Shown: positions 51,940-64,000 of the stretch, one piece after another | Numbering within the stretch: the first letter of the stretch is position 1 | Layout of the letters: each line of letters starts with the position of its first letter | Assembly (NCBI RefSeq): GCF_006345805.1 | Contig: NC_042999.1 | Span: forward strand, 73,718,001 to 73,782,000 | Direction of reading: 5' to 3' | DNA: 64,000 nucleotides | DNA from: Octopus sinensis | Lineage: Eukaryota | Position numbers and translations under genes: made by a program | The notes under the pieces: model-generated | What the model was told of the DNA's origin: nothing | The model's database searches: none | The model's input: the letters and a program-made list of their open reading frames with translations, nothing else

Positions 51940-52900
51940 GCCGTCGACTGGATCTTCTGGATTTTCAGTCACATGGACATTCTATGTTACACTTCTTTGT
52001 AATTGATTACAATATGGAATGATAGCCAAGTCCATATCAGGAGCTTTCTGAGATATCTGCATGATTCTCTGAATCCACATCTTATATATGTATGCACCAA
52101 ATGGTTTGCATGAGTGCAGACATAGTCAACATTACAGGTGAAAAGAAAGGTATTATTACATGAATTGGAGAGTCATCAGGTGAGACTGGGTTTCAAAATC
52201 ATGGGTGTGGCTGCAGAGGTGATGAAGGCAGAGGAATTTTGAATAGGAAATTCAAGGTGGTTGAAGTGGTGGGAGATGAAGTCAAGATAAGAGTGGAAGG
52301 TGGTTCTTTTATAGAAAGCAGACATGGAGAGGAAGTTGTTTAGATAATCTAACGGTAACAGAGATTTTAAGGAAATTGATAGAGAGAGAGGGAAGACAGT
52401 AGAAGAAGTGAACTCAAAGTTTAAGAGGATGCAATTGATGAGGGTGGTGAGTTTAGTATGGATGAGCAGACATGGAGAGGAAGTTGTTTAGATAATCTAA
52501 CAGTAACAGAGATTTTAAGGAAATTGACACAGAGAGAGGGAAGACAGTAGAAGAAGTGAACTCAAGGTTTAAGAGGATGCAATTGATGAAGGTGGTGAGT
52601 TTAGTATGGATGAGCAGACATGGAGAGGAAGTTGTTTAGATAATCTAACGGTAACAGAGATTTTAAGGAAATTGACACAGAGAGAGGGAAGACAGTAGAA
52701 GAAGTGAACTCAAGGTTTAAGAGGATGCAATTGATGAAGGTGGTGAGTTTAGTATGGATGAAAAAGGTGGCTCCGGTATAATCATCAATGTGCCTACCAG
52801 ATAGTTTAGGAACGGGACCAGTGAACTGGGCAAAGATTTGAGCCACAACTGAACCTACAAAAAGGCTAGCATAGTTTGGGCCCACCCTGGTTCTAACAGT
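51940..52900 (-). mobile_element. Penelope-like element RT remnant
   Basis: GPNYASLFVG...FTGPVPKLSGRHIDD...LTTFIN...LEFT resembles PLE RT (MG..YA.LF.G / RYIDD). Confidence 0.75.
52317..52760. repeat. Three tandem 148-bp near-identical copies
   Basis: AGCAGACATGGAGAGGAAGTTG starts at 52317, 52465 and 52613. Confidence 0.95.
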
Positions 52901-54626
52901 TTCTTCAGTGACCTGCGGGTAAAATTTGCTGTTGAAAGAGAAACAATTCAAAGTAAATTCAAGCTCTGCAAGGCAGAGGAGACTAGAGGTGTTGGGCTTG
53001 AGGACAATGTGATAGACTCAGAAGTACTTGAGAGAGAGAAGACCATCATAGTTATCATCATACAAGTGTCATTAACGCATTCTGCAATGCCTGTAATATC
53101 ATTTGCATCTTTGCACTCATGCTCTGTACCCCTCACCTTTGACCATTCACCTTTTCCCCCTTACCTTCCACATTTAGTAGTAAAGATCCTTTTTGTATTA
53201 TAAGTTACAAGGCAAATTCACTTGTGAATGTGTGTGTGTGCACATACACATGTGTGTGTGAGTGCACATGCATGTCTATGTGTTTTTTGAGTGTGTGTAT
53301 GGGTTTGCTTACTACACTGTTTGTACCCATGTCTTTTACTTATTTTTTTTGTTTCTTTATTCATTTATTTATTTACTTTTTTTTTCTCACAGTCTTAAGT
53401 ATGTGTATATGTGTCTTGTGTGTGTATACTATTTCCAATGTACACGGAAGTAGTAATTAGCTCAACATGTAAGAAAGGAGCAATAAAATACTTGCTAATC
53501 AATGAGTGTACTCAGTGCAAATGAGAGCACAAAAGATACTGTGGGCCTCTGGGGAATTGACAAGGAATCAAGAATTCAAATTTGAGGAGGTAGGAGTGCA
53601 CATAAAATATACTTGAATATTCATGAAATATTCGATGGTTCACTTGAGGTAACAGATAAATTTGGTCATTTAGGTTACATAATTAGAGATAGATGGGGTT
53701 GTATTGACTATATGTAGTTTGAGTAAGAAAGAAGTGAAAGAAGTTCATGAAGCTATTACTTTTGTTGGCAACAAAGGGTTTTTGAAACATTGCTTGGCAA
53801 CAGCTTCACCCTTTCTCCATTGAATGAGCAAGAAAACTATTAACCAATAAGGAAGTCTCTATATCAGACAAAGGCAAGATGCAGCCAGTGGGACTTTCAG
53901 AATGGTATACCAATAAAAAATTACCTTGAATATTTTTAATAGAGTAGCTCATCTGATGATAAACCAAGACTCATGTGGCCCACTTCTCAAAAAAAGTTGC
54001 CCATGGCTGCTCTGTAGAATGACTCTACCTACTGGAAATAACAACCAAATAATCCTCATACTATTTTTAAAATGAAATACACACTGGATAATGTAATCTT
54101 AGGTACACTATACTTATAAAAACAGTTATCATGATTGGAAGTGTTTAGGTCAAATATTTGTTTGATTAGGGCTGATTTATAGCTAAAGAACAACAATAAC
54201 AAACAAACGTACTCTACCTTGATTTCAACTCACTTTATAACAATGGCAACAAATTTTATCTTCATACAAAAAAAGTGAAGCAGTAATAGTAATAGTGAGT
54301 GTGATGAAGCATGATAATGAGGTGTGGGCATTGAATGAAGAAGTTCTATGAAAGTGGAAGAGAAATGAATTGAATATGATTCATTGAATGTGTTTATTGA
54401 CTTATGTATGAATAACACACATAGGCTGAGAGAGTGACAGAGCATTAAAGGTAAGAGTTGACATAACTGGAGAGATGACTGTACTGGTATTAATATGAAA
54501 TATTGAAGATGAGTATTAGGAAAATAGGTGTACTGCCTGGGACATAGGTAGAACACTGCCAAATCAGCTATGACTGAGTAGACCTACAATCAAAAGAAGT
54601 CCAGCTTTGAACATTCCATATTTATA

Positions 54627-55635
54627 TCTATATATATAAAACTGTAGTTGTGTGAGTGTCTGTCCCCTTCGATTTAGATTCCTAACTACTCCCACATTTT
54701 GCGGGAGTAGTTAGGAATACCAAATTCGGGTATCTTATAGTCGTGATTCATATCGAGCCTGTCTGGGTATTAGTGCGCGTCTACGATGAGTCTACAATTT
54801 AAAAAATAATTTAACATAATTTTTTATTCCATTTTAATGCATATTTTTTCGTGTGTCGATGGCGGCGGAGTTGGCGTCCACGCTCAAACACCTGCACCTG
54901 TGTTGCTTCTCCCCCTTCTTCCCTCCCTCGTGAAGCTGTGGGGAAGGGAGTGTAAGGAAATCAACGTCGTAATGCGTTGTCAAGGAGACCAGCGTTCTTT
55001 CAGAACGACTTCATGGCTTGAAGTCGCCAAAACAGAAATCGCTAAAAAAACTGAAACAGATACACAAAAACGGCAATTACCGCCACACAGGGCAGGTTTC
55101 CTGTGCAAACAATTTGCACAACCGAATGTTTTAGTTGTTGCACAAATCTTTATATATAAAAGTAAGGTTGTGTGTCTGTCTCCTACGATTTAGATTCCTA
55201 ACTACTCCCACATTTTGCGGTGCAGTGTAACCAAAACCGGGTATCTTATAGTTGTGATTCATATCGAACCCTTCTGGGTATTAGTGCGCGTCTACGATTT
55301 TAAAAAAATTTACCATCATTTTTTATTCCATTTTAATGCATTTTTCGCTATTATATAAGGGAAGTAACTCTCTAAAAATGTCTACGATGAATCAACGATT
55401 AAAAAAAAAATTACCATCATTTTTTATTCCATTTTAATGCATTTTTCGCTATTTTATAAGGGAAGTAACTCTCTAAAAATGTCTACGATGAGTCAACGAT
55501 TTAAAAAAAAAATTACCATCATTTTTTATTCCATTTTTAATGCCTTTTTTGCTATTTTTTTTGCTATAACTCACTAAAAATGCTTATATAGTTATTTCCC
55601 TTACAAACCCGAGCAACGCCGGGCGATACTGCTAG
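54627..55635 (+). mobile_element. Non-autonomous Helitron (compound)
   Basis: A|TC start; 3' hairpin CCCG-AGCAACGC-CGGG then CTAG|T; a second 5' end at 55147; ~100-bp internal tandem repeats at 55291-55582. Confidence 0.85.
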
Positions 55636-55960
55636 TTTTAATACAAAATGTATCTATTAGTTGATCAAATAGGACTACATTAGATGATAAGGTGTGATTT
55701 AAGAAAGATTTGGTTGATATTTCCAGCAGGTAAACTGTCCACAAAGACTCTCACACAATGCATGGTTACAGATGAAGGCAAGTAGTGATATGCCATATAA
55801 CAGACAAGTCCAAATCATGTCAACAATGACAAAATAAGAAATAGCTTTAACTGATAATAAATATTAAGTTTTGCTGATTGAAGCTTATCTCTGCTCTATA
55901 AAATTCATGATTTGTTTTAAGTTGGAAGTTGTGATGTTCATGCTTTGTTAAATGCAATAA

Positions 55961-56181
55961 TCCTTTAGCATTCAGATTACTCTGTCAAATGTAATGCTTA
56001 TTTATTCATATCGTTTTGAATTAATTATGCATTATCTTTTAGCTTCGCAATTTCGATGATGTGATTGTTTATTTTCAGAATGACAAATCAGGATATGATT
56101 GAGAAGCAGGATCAGGTCAGTTTAAACATAAAACAGGTAGAATATTTGGGCCAGATATGGCTGGTTCAAATGCTAAAAGGG
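55961..56181. mobile_element. TTAA-type MITE (piggyBac-like termini)
   Basis: ATAA|TCCTTTAGCATT ... AATGCTAAAAGGG|TTAA. Confidence 0.65.
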
Positions 56182-57357
56182 TTAATGCTAAAAATGAAGT
56201 GAAATGGTTATAAACCCAGTCAGCTGAAAGCTTACCTCTGCACTTCAGCACTAATAACTTAAGTATTCAGTACAAATGCTACTTATTATTATACCAAGAG
56301 TAATAAATGAATATTGCTTTAACTAGGAGCACAACACAGTGGTTGACATAAGATATAGATTTATGACTATGTGGTCAATATTCCAGGCCATTAAGCTCAT
56401 AACTATTTTTCAATAAATAAAGTTTTTAACAAAAATCAGAGCTTGATAACATGCATGATTATTGAATCTACATATTTAGCATTATGACTATTGTACATGA
56501 GAGCACCAATGAGAAATATGATAGTTACTTTAGATGCAAAATCAAGAAAATTTAAATCTCAGAAATGACATTGGTTTTATATTCCTATATAAATCTATGA
56601 TTCAAGTATTCAAGTTAAAATAATTTCCCAGTTTGGATATGTGGGGGAAAAGAGAGACCAGAATCTTGATGATTCAAGTAAAGCCCTTCAAGTGACTAAC
56701 AAAATTATTCAAAAAATGTTTATGTTAGCATAGAGATATATCCACAAAAAAAGAAAAAAAAAGAGATGGGAAAGTATGGTAAAGACAGGGGAGATAACCA
56801 AGTTAAAGGCACATTGATAGAAGGTCAGTGACCAGAGTAAGAGTGAAATTTGGAGAGGAAGGACAATAATGAATTAAACAGAGGGTAATATGCATCCTAG
56901 ATGAGGAAAGTGGGATAAAATTTGAAACTGATATTGAAACAATATGATTATGTAAACATGTGTATCAACTGTACCAATGTACATAAACACATTAATACAA
57001 TAAATTTAGGAAAATAGAAATGATTTTTTATTTGTTTTGACAAGAAAATGTAATGCACAGAAGTAGGAAGCAAGAATCTGTGTCAGTATGTATATGTATA
57101 CAAGTTTTCTGAAGGTTCGAAGTAGCACTGCATTAGAAAAAATGTATTAGGGAGGAATTATAAAGGTAAAGAAGAAGGTCACTACTGGGTAAGATGGGTG
57201 TTTGTTAATGGAGCAGGAAAAAGTGGCAACATTTATCACCATAATGCAATGAGGAAGAGTGAAGTTTAGATAAGATGGGGATATATATATGTAAATATAT
57301 ATGTAGAAGGTTAAAAAGGAACACACGAGTTGATATATATGGAAAAGTCAAGGTAGA

Positions 57358-57661
57358 ACATGCTAAAATATGGCAGTGTCTGCTATAGCCTAGTCACCCA
57401 TATAGTTAAACAGGTGATACATGAAGGAGTCATGCCCAATGACTGGTGTAGCAGCACCATAATCAACTGCTACAAAGGTAAAGGTGACGCTTTAGATACA
57501 AATAATTACAGAGGTATCATGTTGTTAGTTCAAGTAATGAAGGTCACAGAGAGGGTCATGATCGTTGCTAAGCATGATCGTTGCCAGGGCTGCTGACTGG
57601 CTCCTGTGCCAGTGGCATGTAAAAAGCACCATTCGAGTGTGATTGTTACCAGTGTCGCCTT
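57358..57661 (+). mobile_element. Internally deleted RTE fragment
   Basis: RT N-terminal segment (NDWCSS..YKGKGDALDTNNYRGI) joined at ~57558 directly to 3' UTR repeat units. Confidence 0.85.
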
Positions 57662-57662
57662 A

Positions 57663-58150
57663 CTACCCACATAGAACTTGTTGCATTTGTTACATTGTAT
57701 TCTATAGTGTATAGAATACAATGTAACAAATGTAGCAAGTTCTATGTGGGTAGCACAACAAGACCATTCTATAGTGTATAGAATTCAATGTAACAAATGT
57801 AACATGTTCAATGTGGGTAGCACAACAAGACCGTTACATGTCCACATCAAAGAACCAGAAAACATCTAGACAGATGCCAGAACACAGACAAAAGCATGAG
57901 TCACAATTGAGGCCAATAAAAGAAATTTGGGTAATTTATGAATTAAGGAAGCTATACTCATACACAGACTAAGGCCCCAAATTAATAACAGGCTAGAAGT
58001 TGGTAGCGCCTGCCTTATGAGCACCAACAATTTGACCTCTTTGAAAGTCTGATAAATCTGTCATTTTAATGAATTTTGATTACCTTTTTCCGATGATATC
58101 TGAAAAGAAATAGTAATTTTAGCAAAACATTTTAAGCAACACTAATAATA
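57663..58150 (+). mobile_element. Penelope-like element 3' fragment (GIY-YIG endonuclease) with 5' inversion
   Basis: VYRIQCNKCSKFYVGSTTRP(LHVHIKE) GIY-YIG motif; inverted duplication at 57663-57753; 67-bp direct duplication. Confidence 0.8.
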
Positions 58151-58489
58151 AATAAAAAAAACATGAAAATAAACAAGCTTTTGATGGTTTTATAGATATT
58201 TCAAAATTATGATGCTGTGATGCTATATATATATATATATATATATCTTTTAAATTTGTTTATGGGAAATGTTTTGAATATGCAAATAAAGCTCCTGTTC
58301 CATTATACCAGCCACCAGTTTTTTAGGGTTGCATCGATCTGTACCAATGTATTGTTGGATAGATATAGTGAAAACAACAATAATCCTTGGATGGAATTTA
58401 TAAATATTTTAATGCATTAAAATATTCATAAATTCTATTCAAGGATTATTGTTATTATTACTATATATATCTATATATCTTTATCTATG

Positions 58490-58795
58490 TGAAGGCGCAT
58501 GGCTCAGTGATTAGAGTGTCAAGCTTACAATCGTAAGGTTGTGTTCTCGAATCCCGGACTGGGCTGCGTGTTGTGTTCTTGAGCAAGACACTTTATTTCA
58601 CGTTGCTCCAGTTCACTCAGCTGTAGAAATGAGTTGCGACATCACAAATGCCAAGCTGTATTGACCGTTGCCTTGTATTGACCCTTGGATAACACTGATG
58701 GTGTGGAGAGGGGAGGCCGGTATGCATGGGCGACTGCTGGTGTTCCATAAACAACCTTGCCCTGATTTGTGCCTGGGAGGGTAACTTTCTATTGG
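58490..58795 (+). mobile_element. tRNA-derived SINE
   Basis: A box TGGCTCAGTGATTAG, B-box-like TCTCGAATCCC, then TTGTGTTCTTGAGCAAGACACTTTA. Confidence 0.85.
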
Positions 58796-59125
58796 TTTCT
58801 ACTGTTGTATGCCCTTCCTAACACCAACCTTTTTACAGAGTGTACTGGGTGCTTTTACATGGCACTGGCATGAGTTGCTTTTTATGTGGCACCAGCACAG
58901 GACTGTTGCAGGCCAAACTTTTTCACCAGGGGCAGTGAGCTTAACACTTCTGCTGTGGAGTACAGGTCTTCTTGAGTACAACAAGGCATCAGTTATCTTG
59001 GTTCATTGTCATCTTGTCTGAAAGGTTCAGCATCCTGATGATGCCATTAAGTACTTTGTCCCATGTCTTCCTGAGTCTCCTGCTGCCATGTGTTCCATCT
59101 ACTTTGAGAGATCTATTCCATCTCT
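58795..59125 (-). mobile_element. Decayed RTE 3' end
   Basis: LKVDGTHGSRRLRKTWDKVL peptide and GCCCTTCCTAACACCAACC tail. Confidence 0.7.
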
Positions 59126-59586
59126 GCCATGACACAGTCAGTGAATGGATGACAGTGTTAGAGAGAGAGAGGGGGGAGGGAGAGAGAGAGAGAGTATAGG
59201 TATATATGTGTATTGTTTGCGTGAAGCTATAGGCAAAGCTGCACATTTCAGACATTAAAAAAAAAAGAAAACAAAACAAAAAACCTGCTGGTTTCAAATA
59301 TGCCAAGTCTCACTGATCCTACCTTACAAACATTCGAGAATGTTGTGTCACAGCATGTGCAAGTAGAATTAATGGTGAATAGATAGCAACCATAACATGT
59401 GAGTAGGAAACAAAAATAGAAAAAAATCATGAGGAAATATTTGAAAACTTCTAATATCACTTAAGAAAGGTGTGAATATCACAATCACTATTTACTCTAT
59501 ATTAGTTTTTGAAATACTGCTGGCAGTAGGCATGTAGTATTTGCCAGTATGGGGTGTATTGCCAGTAGAGATAGTTTGAGTAAAGG

Positions 59587-60535
<949 letters not shown>

Positions 60536-61647
60536 GGATAATGTTTTAAGATTGATCTAGCCACATGAAATAAGGAACTAAAAGGCTTGAAAGAAACTAA
60601 GGAATGAAAAAGGAGTGTGGGAATGTGAAATAAAAGATGTTAACTAACTATAACCAAGTGATTGGGGCTAACAAAAGAGTACTTTTATTTTTTTGATATC
60701 TGTATGTAGAATATGTCATTGGATTCATAAAAGTCTTGTGAAGCTCTTGTGAGGAATCATTTCAATCTTTAAAGACTTTATTCTTTTTGTGAATAGAAAG
60801 AGTGGTATATCCTTGGGTGATCTTGTCTTGTCTTGAGACAGCATTCACCTGGGGTGGGTTGAGCTGGCTTCATTCATCCTCAATGCTCCCTCTCTCACAA
60901 ACGCCAACTAGACCTGGCGATTTGAGGCTAACGACCGCGTGATCTCCAACCACTCCTTATTCCAGCGGTGAATGCCATAGATTGGGTGATACATTTGGAA
61001 GAGGCTAGATTACAAATTTTGTATGCATTCCCAAAGGAAATTCTTTCTGCTTTAAGTTTTGTCTCAGAAGCATATGTGAAATACATTTGATACCATTTAT
61101 TAGTCAATATAGATTTCACTAACTGATGTAAACTCCCCGAGAATGTAAGTGGACACTTTGTGTGTTATAGTAAGTTTTATAATGGTATTGGAGTGTTATA
61201 TGGCTGCTTGAATATTTTGAAAATACCTCACAGAGTGACAACTATTCCTTGCATAGTTAGCAGGTGCCCTTTCACAAGGTATAACACCTATTCAGCCAGC
61301 CTGCTAGGGATATGATGAAGTCATGGAACTGCAGTATGGTGGATTGTGAAGAAGTAGTGGAAGAGCTCAACTGCACCAATGGTGCTTCTTACATTTATGC
61401 TGACCAGAGGAATCCTAGATCAATGATCAGGATCACCAAGTTCACACACACACACATTAGTGTGTGTATGTGTATATTCATTTCTTATTTTGTCTCAAAG
61501 ACAGCAATTTTGAGGGGTGGAAAAGTTAATTACATTGACCTCAGTGATCAACTGGTGCTTATTTTATTGACTGTGAAAGGATGAAAGGCAAAGTCGACCT
61601 CAACAGAATTTGAACTCAATGATTCAGCCACCTTATTTTATGTATGT

Positions 61648-61678
<31 letters not shown>

Positions 61679-61904
61679 TGCACTCATGCACGCACGCACA
61701 CACACATGCATGCACACACCCACACACACATGTATATATAAAATATATGAGGAATTTTCATCAGGGTGATTCAAACTAATAGGTATGCACTTTGAGCGCT
61801 AAATTGGTATGTTACTAAAATTCTGGTTTGAACTGCAGTTGAGTCAGTGTGTGTGTATGGAAAGCATTGCAGTTCACTTGAAACATTGTAGTACAGGAGT
61901 AGAA

Positions 61905-62167
61905 TAATAAATGAAATAAGAAATGAGTAAAGCTTCTAACAATGCAGAAAGTTTTAAAAACCTTTATACTTCAGGTGCAAAGGCCTATCTTTAGAAGGAT
62001 ACAGTCAAAGAAAGGTGTGTGTACATGAATGCTACCATTTTGGATATCTAAAATGGCAGGATCAGTGTAGACACACCTTTCTTTGACTGTGACCTTTGCA
62101 CCTGAAATCTAAAGTCTTTTTTAAACTTTCTGCATTATTAGAAGCTTTCCTTATTTCTCATTTTATA
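61905..62167. repeat. Long inverted repeat (~120-140-bp arms, minimal loop)
   Basis: Complementary blocks AAGCTTCTAA/TTAGAAGCTT, TTCAGGTGCAAAGG/CCTTTGCACCTGAA and ACAGTCAAAGAAAGGTGTGT/ACACACCTTTCTTTGACTGT; centre ~62045. Confidence 0.88.
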
Positions 62168-62173
62168 TATATA

Positions 62174-63442
62174 CAGGGTGCAATGGCTAAATTGTTACCA
62201 TTTTATATTTTTGATTTTGCATATGCACATTGTTTGTTTTTGATTTTGTTGACTACACTGTATAGTTGGGTCAGCCGGGCACTGTCTGTGAGAAAAACAG
62301 CACCATGATGCAATTCACTCTGCCAGAAATTTGGAAAGAACTTGCTGTGCTGCTTGGCAGTTGTGCCAAAAGCTCCAATGTAAATATTTCAGAGTGTTTG
62401 GGTGTTAATCTGAGTACAGTGCAGAGGATTTGAAAAGAGTTGGATGAATCTAATGATGATTACAAAAGTATGGCAGCTTGCAAACTCACTCTGAATGTTC
62501 TGATTTATTGGTGAGATTCAGACCATGATTGACAATGAACCCTCCAAGTCAATCAGGTCCATTGCCAAGGACATGGGAGTTTCTTATCAGGCAGGTAATG
62601 TGTGAAAACATTCGGTATTCCTCATACAAGATGAGAAAGGGCCAATTTTTATCTCAAGCCATCAAGGACAAGAGGAAAGACCATGCCACAAAGCTTTTGA
62701 AGAAACTCAAGAATCCCTTCCAATCAAACATGCTTTGGTTTTTCTCAGACGAGAAAAATTTCTGCCAGGATCAGATGGTGAATGCACAGATCAACCATTG
62801 GCTTGCCATGTCACCAAAACATGTACCAAGAGGGATAAAAGTCAAACAACCAGTCAGCATCATGGTGTTTGGAGTGAATCACTAGTGATGGCGACATTAT
62901 ACCTCCATTCATCTTCCAACATGGCCTCAGACTCAACATGGAGGGCTACATCAAGTGCCTGGAGGAAGTAGTGCTGCCCTGAGTCAAGAGGATGGCTGCA
63001 GGAAAACTCTGTGTCTGGCAACAGGACTCTGCACCATGCCACACAAGCAGAAGAGCCCAGTCATGGCTGTCAGACAATTTCTGCAACCACATCAACCCTA
63101 ACATCTGGCCACCTAACTCCCCAGACTGCAACCCCCTTGATCATTATGTGTGGGGCGCAGTTGAGCAAGAAACCAACAAAACTCCTTGTAATACCAAAGA
63201 TGAACTGAAGGCAAGGATTATAGCAGCATTCACCAACAGGAAACCATCCAGAAGAGTTGCAGAAGATTCCGAAGTCATCTGAAGGCCGTGGTTGAAGCCA
63301 ATGACAATTTTACAGAATAAACTTACTCTTTAGTATTTCAGGATTTTTTATGTAATTTTGGTAAATATAACTGTTAAAATGAGATGTCAGTGTTATTTTC
63401 ATTTTTATATAATTTAGATGACAGTTTATTCATTACACCCTG
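62174..63442 (+). mobile_element. DD37D (maT) family Tc1/mariner transposon, decayed
   Basis: TA|CAGGGTGCAATG ... CATTACACCCTG|TA; motifs WFFSDEKNF, WQQDSAPCH and SPDCNPLD, with 37 residues between the second and third D. Confidence 0.92.
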
Positions 63443-64000
63443 TATATATGTATATATAGTTCCCTACATAGTTACCTGTCTACCAAATTCAGCTTAAAAA
63501 GCATAAACCAACCTGAGCTCACAGAAGAAAACACTTTTCCAAAGTGCTCCTGCAGTGAAATGGTATCTGTAGTCAAATAAATGTGAAGCATACTCAACTA
63601 CACAGGTATGTTTGCATTTCTAAAAGTATTAAAATTAATTTTCATCTTGAAACATAGCATCACATACCCCATCTTGCTCTTTCTCAAACTACTGAAGTTT
63701 TGATTTGAAAAATCCAATAGAAAGATTTTGTCAATCACTTGAACAATAAGTTAAAAGCTAAATGTCACAAATGTTTTATTTCTCTATGGAAAGATATTAC
63801 ACATATTTCCAAAGCTACCTAGTCTACTGTATAACTTCTATAAAAATAGATAACTTAGATTACATGTCAACAAGTAACAATGAAAGATTTAACCTTTAAG
63901 CTTCCACCTTTGTTGTCTGATACGTACATTTTTAGTGTTTATTCACTGATATAAAAATAAAGGTTAAATATTTACATCTATTTAATATTTATATCTATTT

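Noticed and set aside
58490-58565. tRNA gene
   Set aside because: A and B boxes are present but there is no full cloverleaf, and it continues into a SINE body; the same applies to 23728 and 43155.

Overview
This is AT-rich, microsatellite-rich animal genomic DNA. The repeat content (RTE LINEs with (ATG)n tails, tRNA-derived SINEs) suggests an octopus or other coleoid cephalopod; this is an inference, not a database result. The only recognisable host gene part is coding exon 1 of an AGFG1/HRB-like ArfGAP gene on the minus strand (49993-49830, GTAAGT donor), in a CpG-retaining promoter region. I found no exon 2, so positions 1-49829 are probably one very large first intron. The rest is transposon-derived: a young 5'-truncated RTE LINE plus many RTE fragments, three Tc1 (DD34E-type) elements, a mariner, a DD37D/maT element, a decayed Gypsy LTR element, a non-autonomous Helitron, TTAA mini-MITEs, several SINE families and Penelope-like (PLE) remnants. 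Three signals stand out. (1) Fold-back elements carry type I hammerhead ribozyme cores with a long stem II and a covarying palindromic stem III (ACATATGT / ACACGTGT / ACAGCTGT); one sits in both arms of a near-perfect ~340-bp hairpin. (2) A PHD-type zinc finger is inserted inside the RTE reverse transcriptase. (3) The RTE 3' UTR holds a variable-copy array of ~61-67-bp double-hairpin units. Boundaries of decayed elements are approximate and were read by eye.
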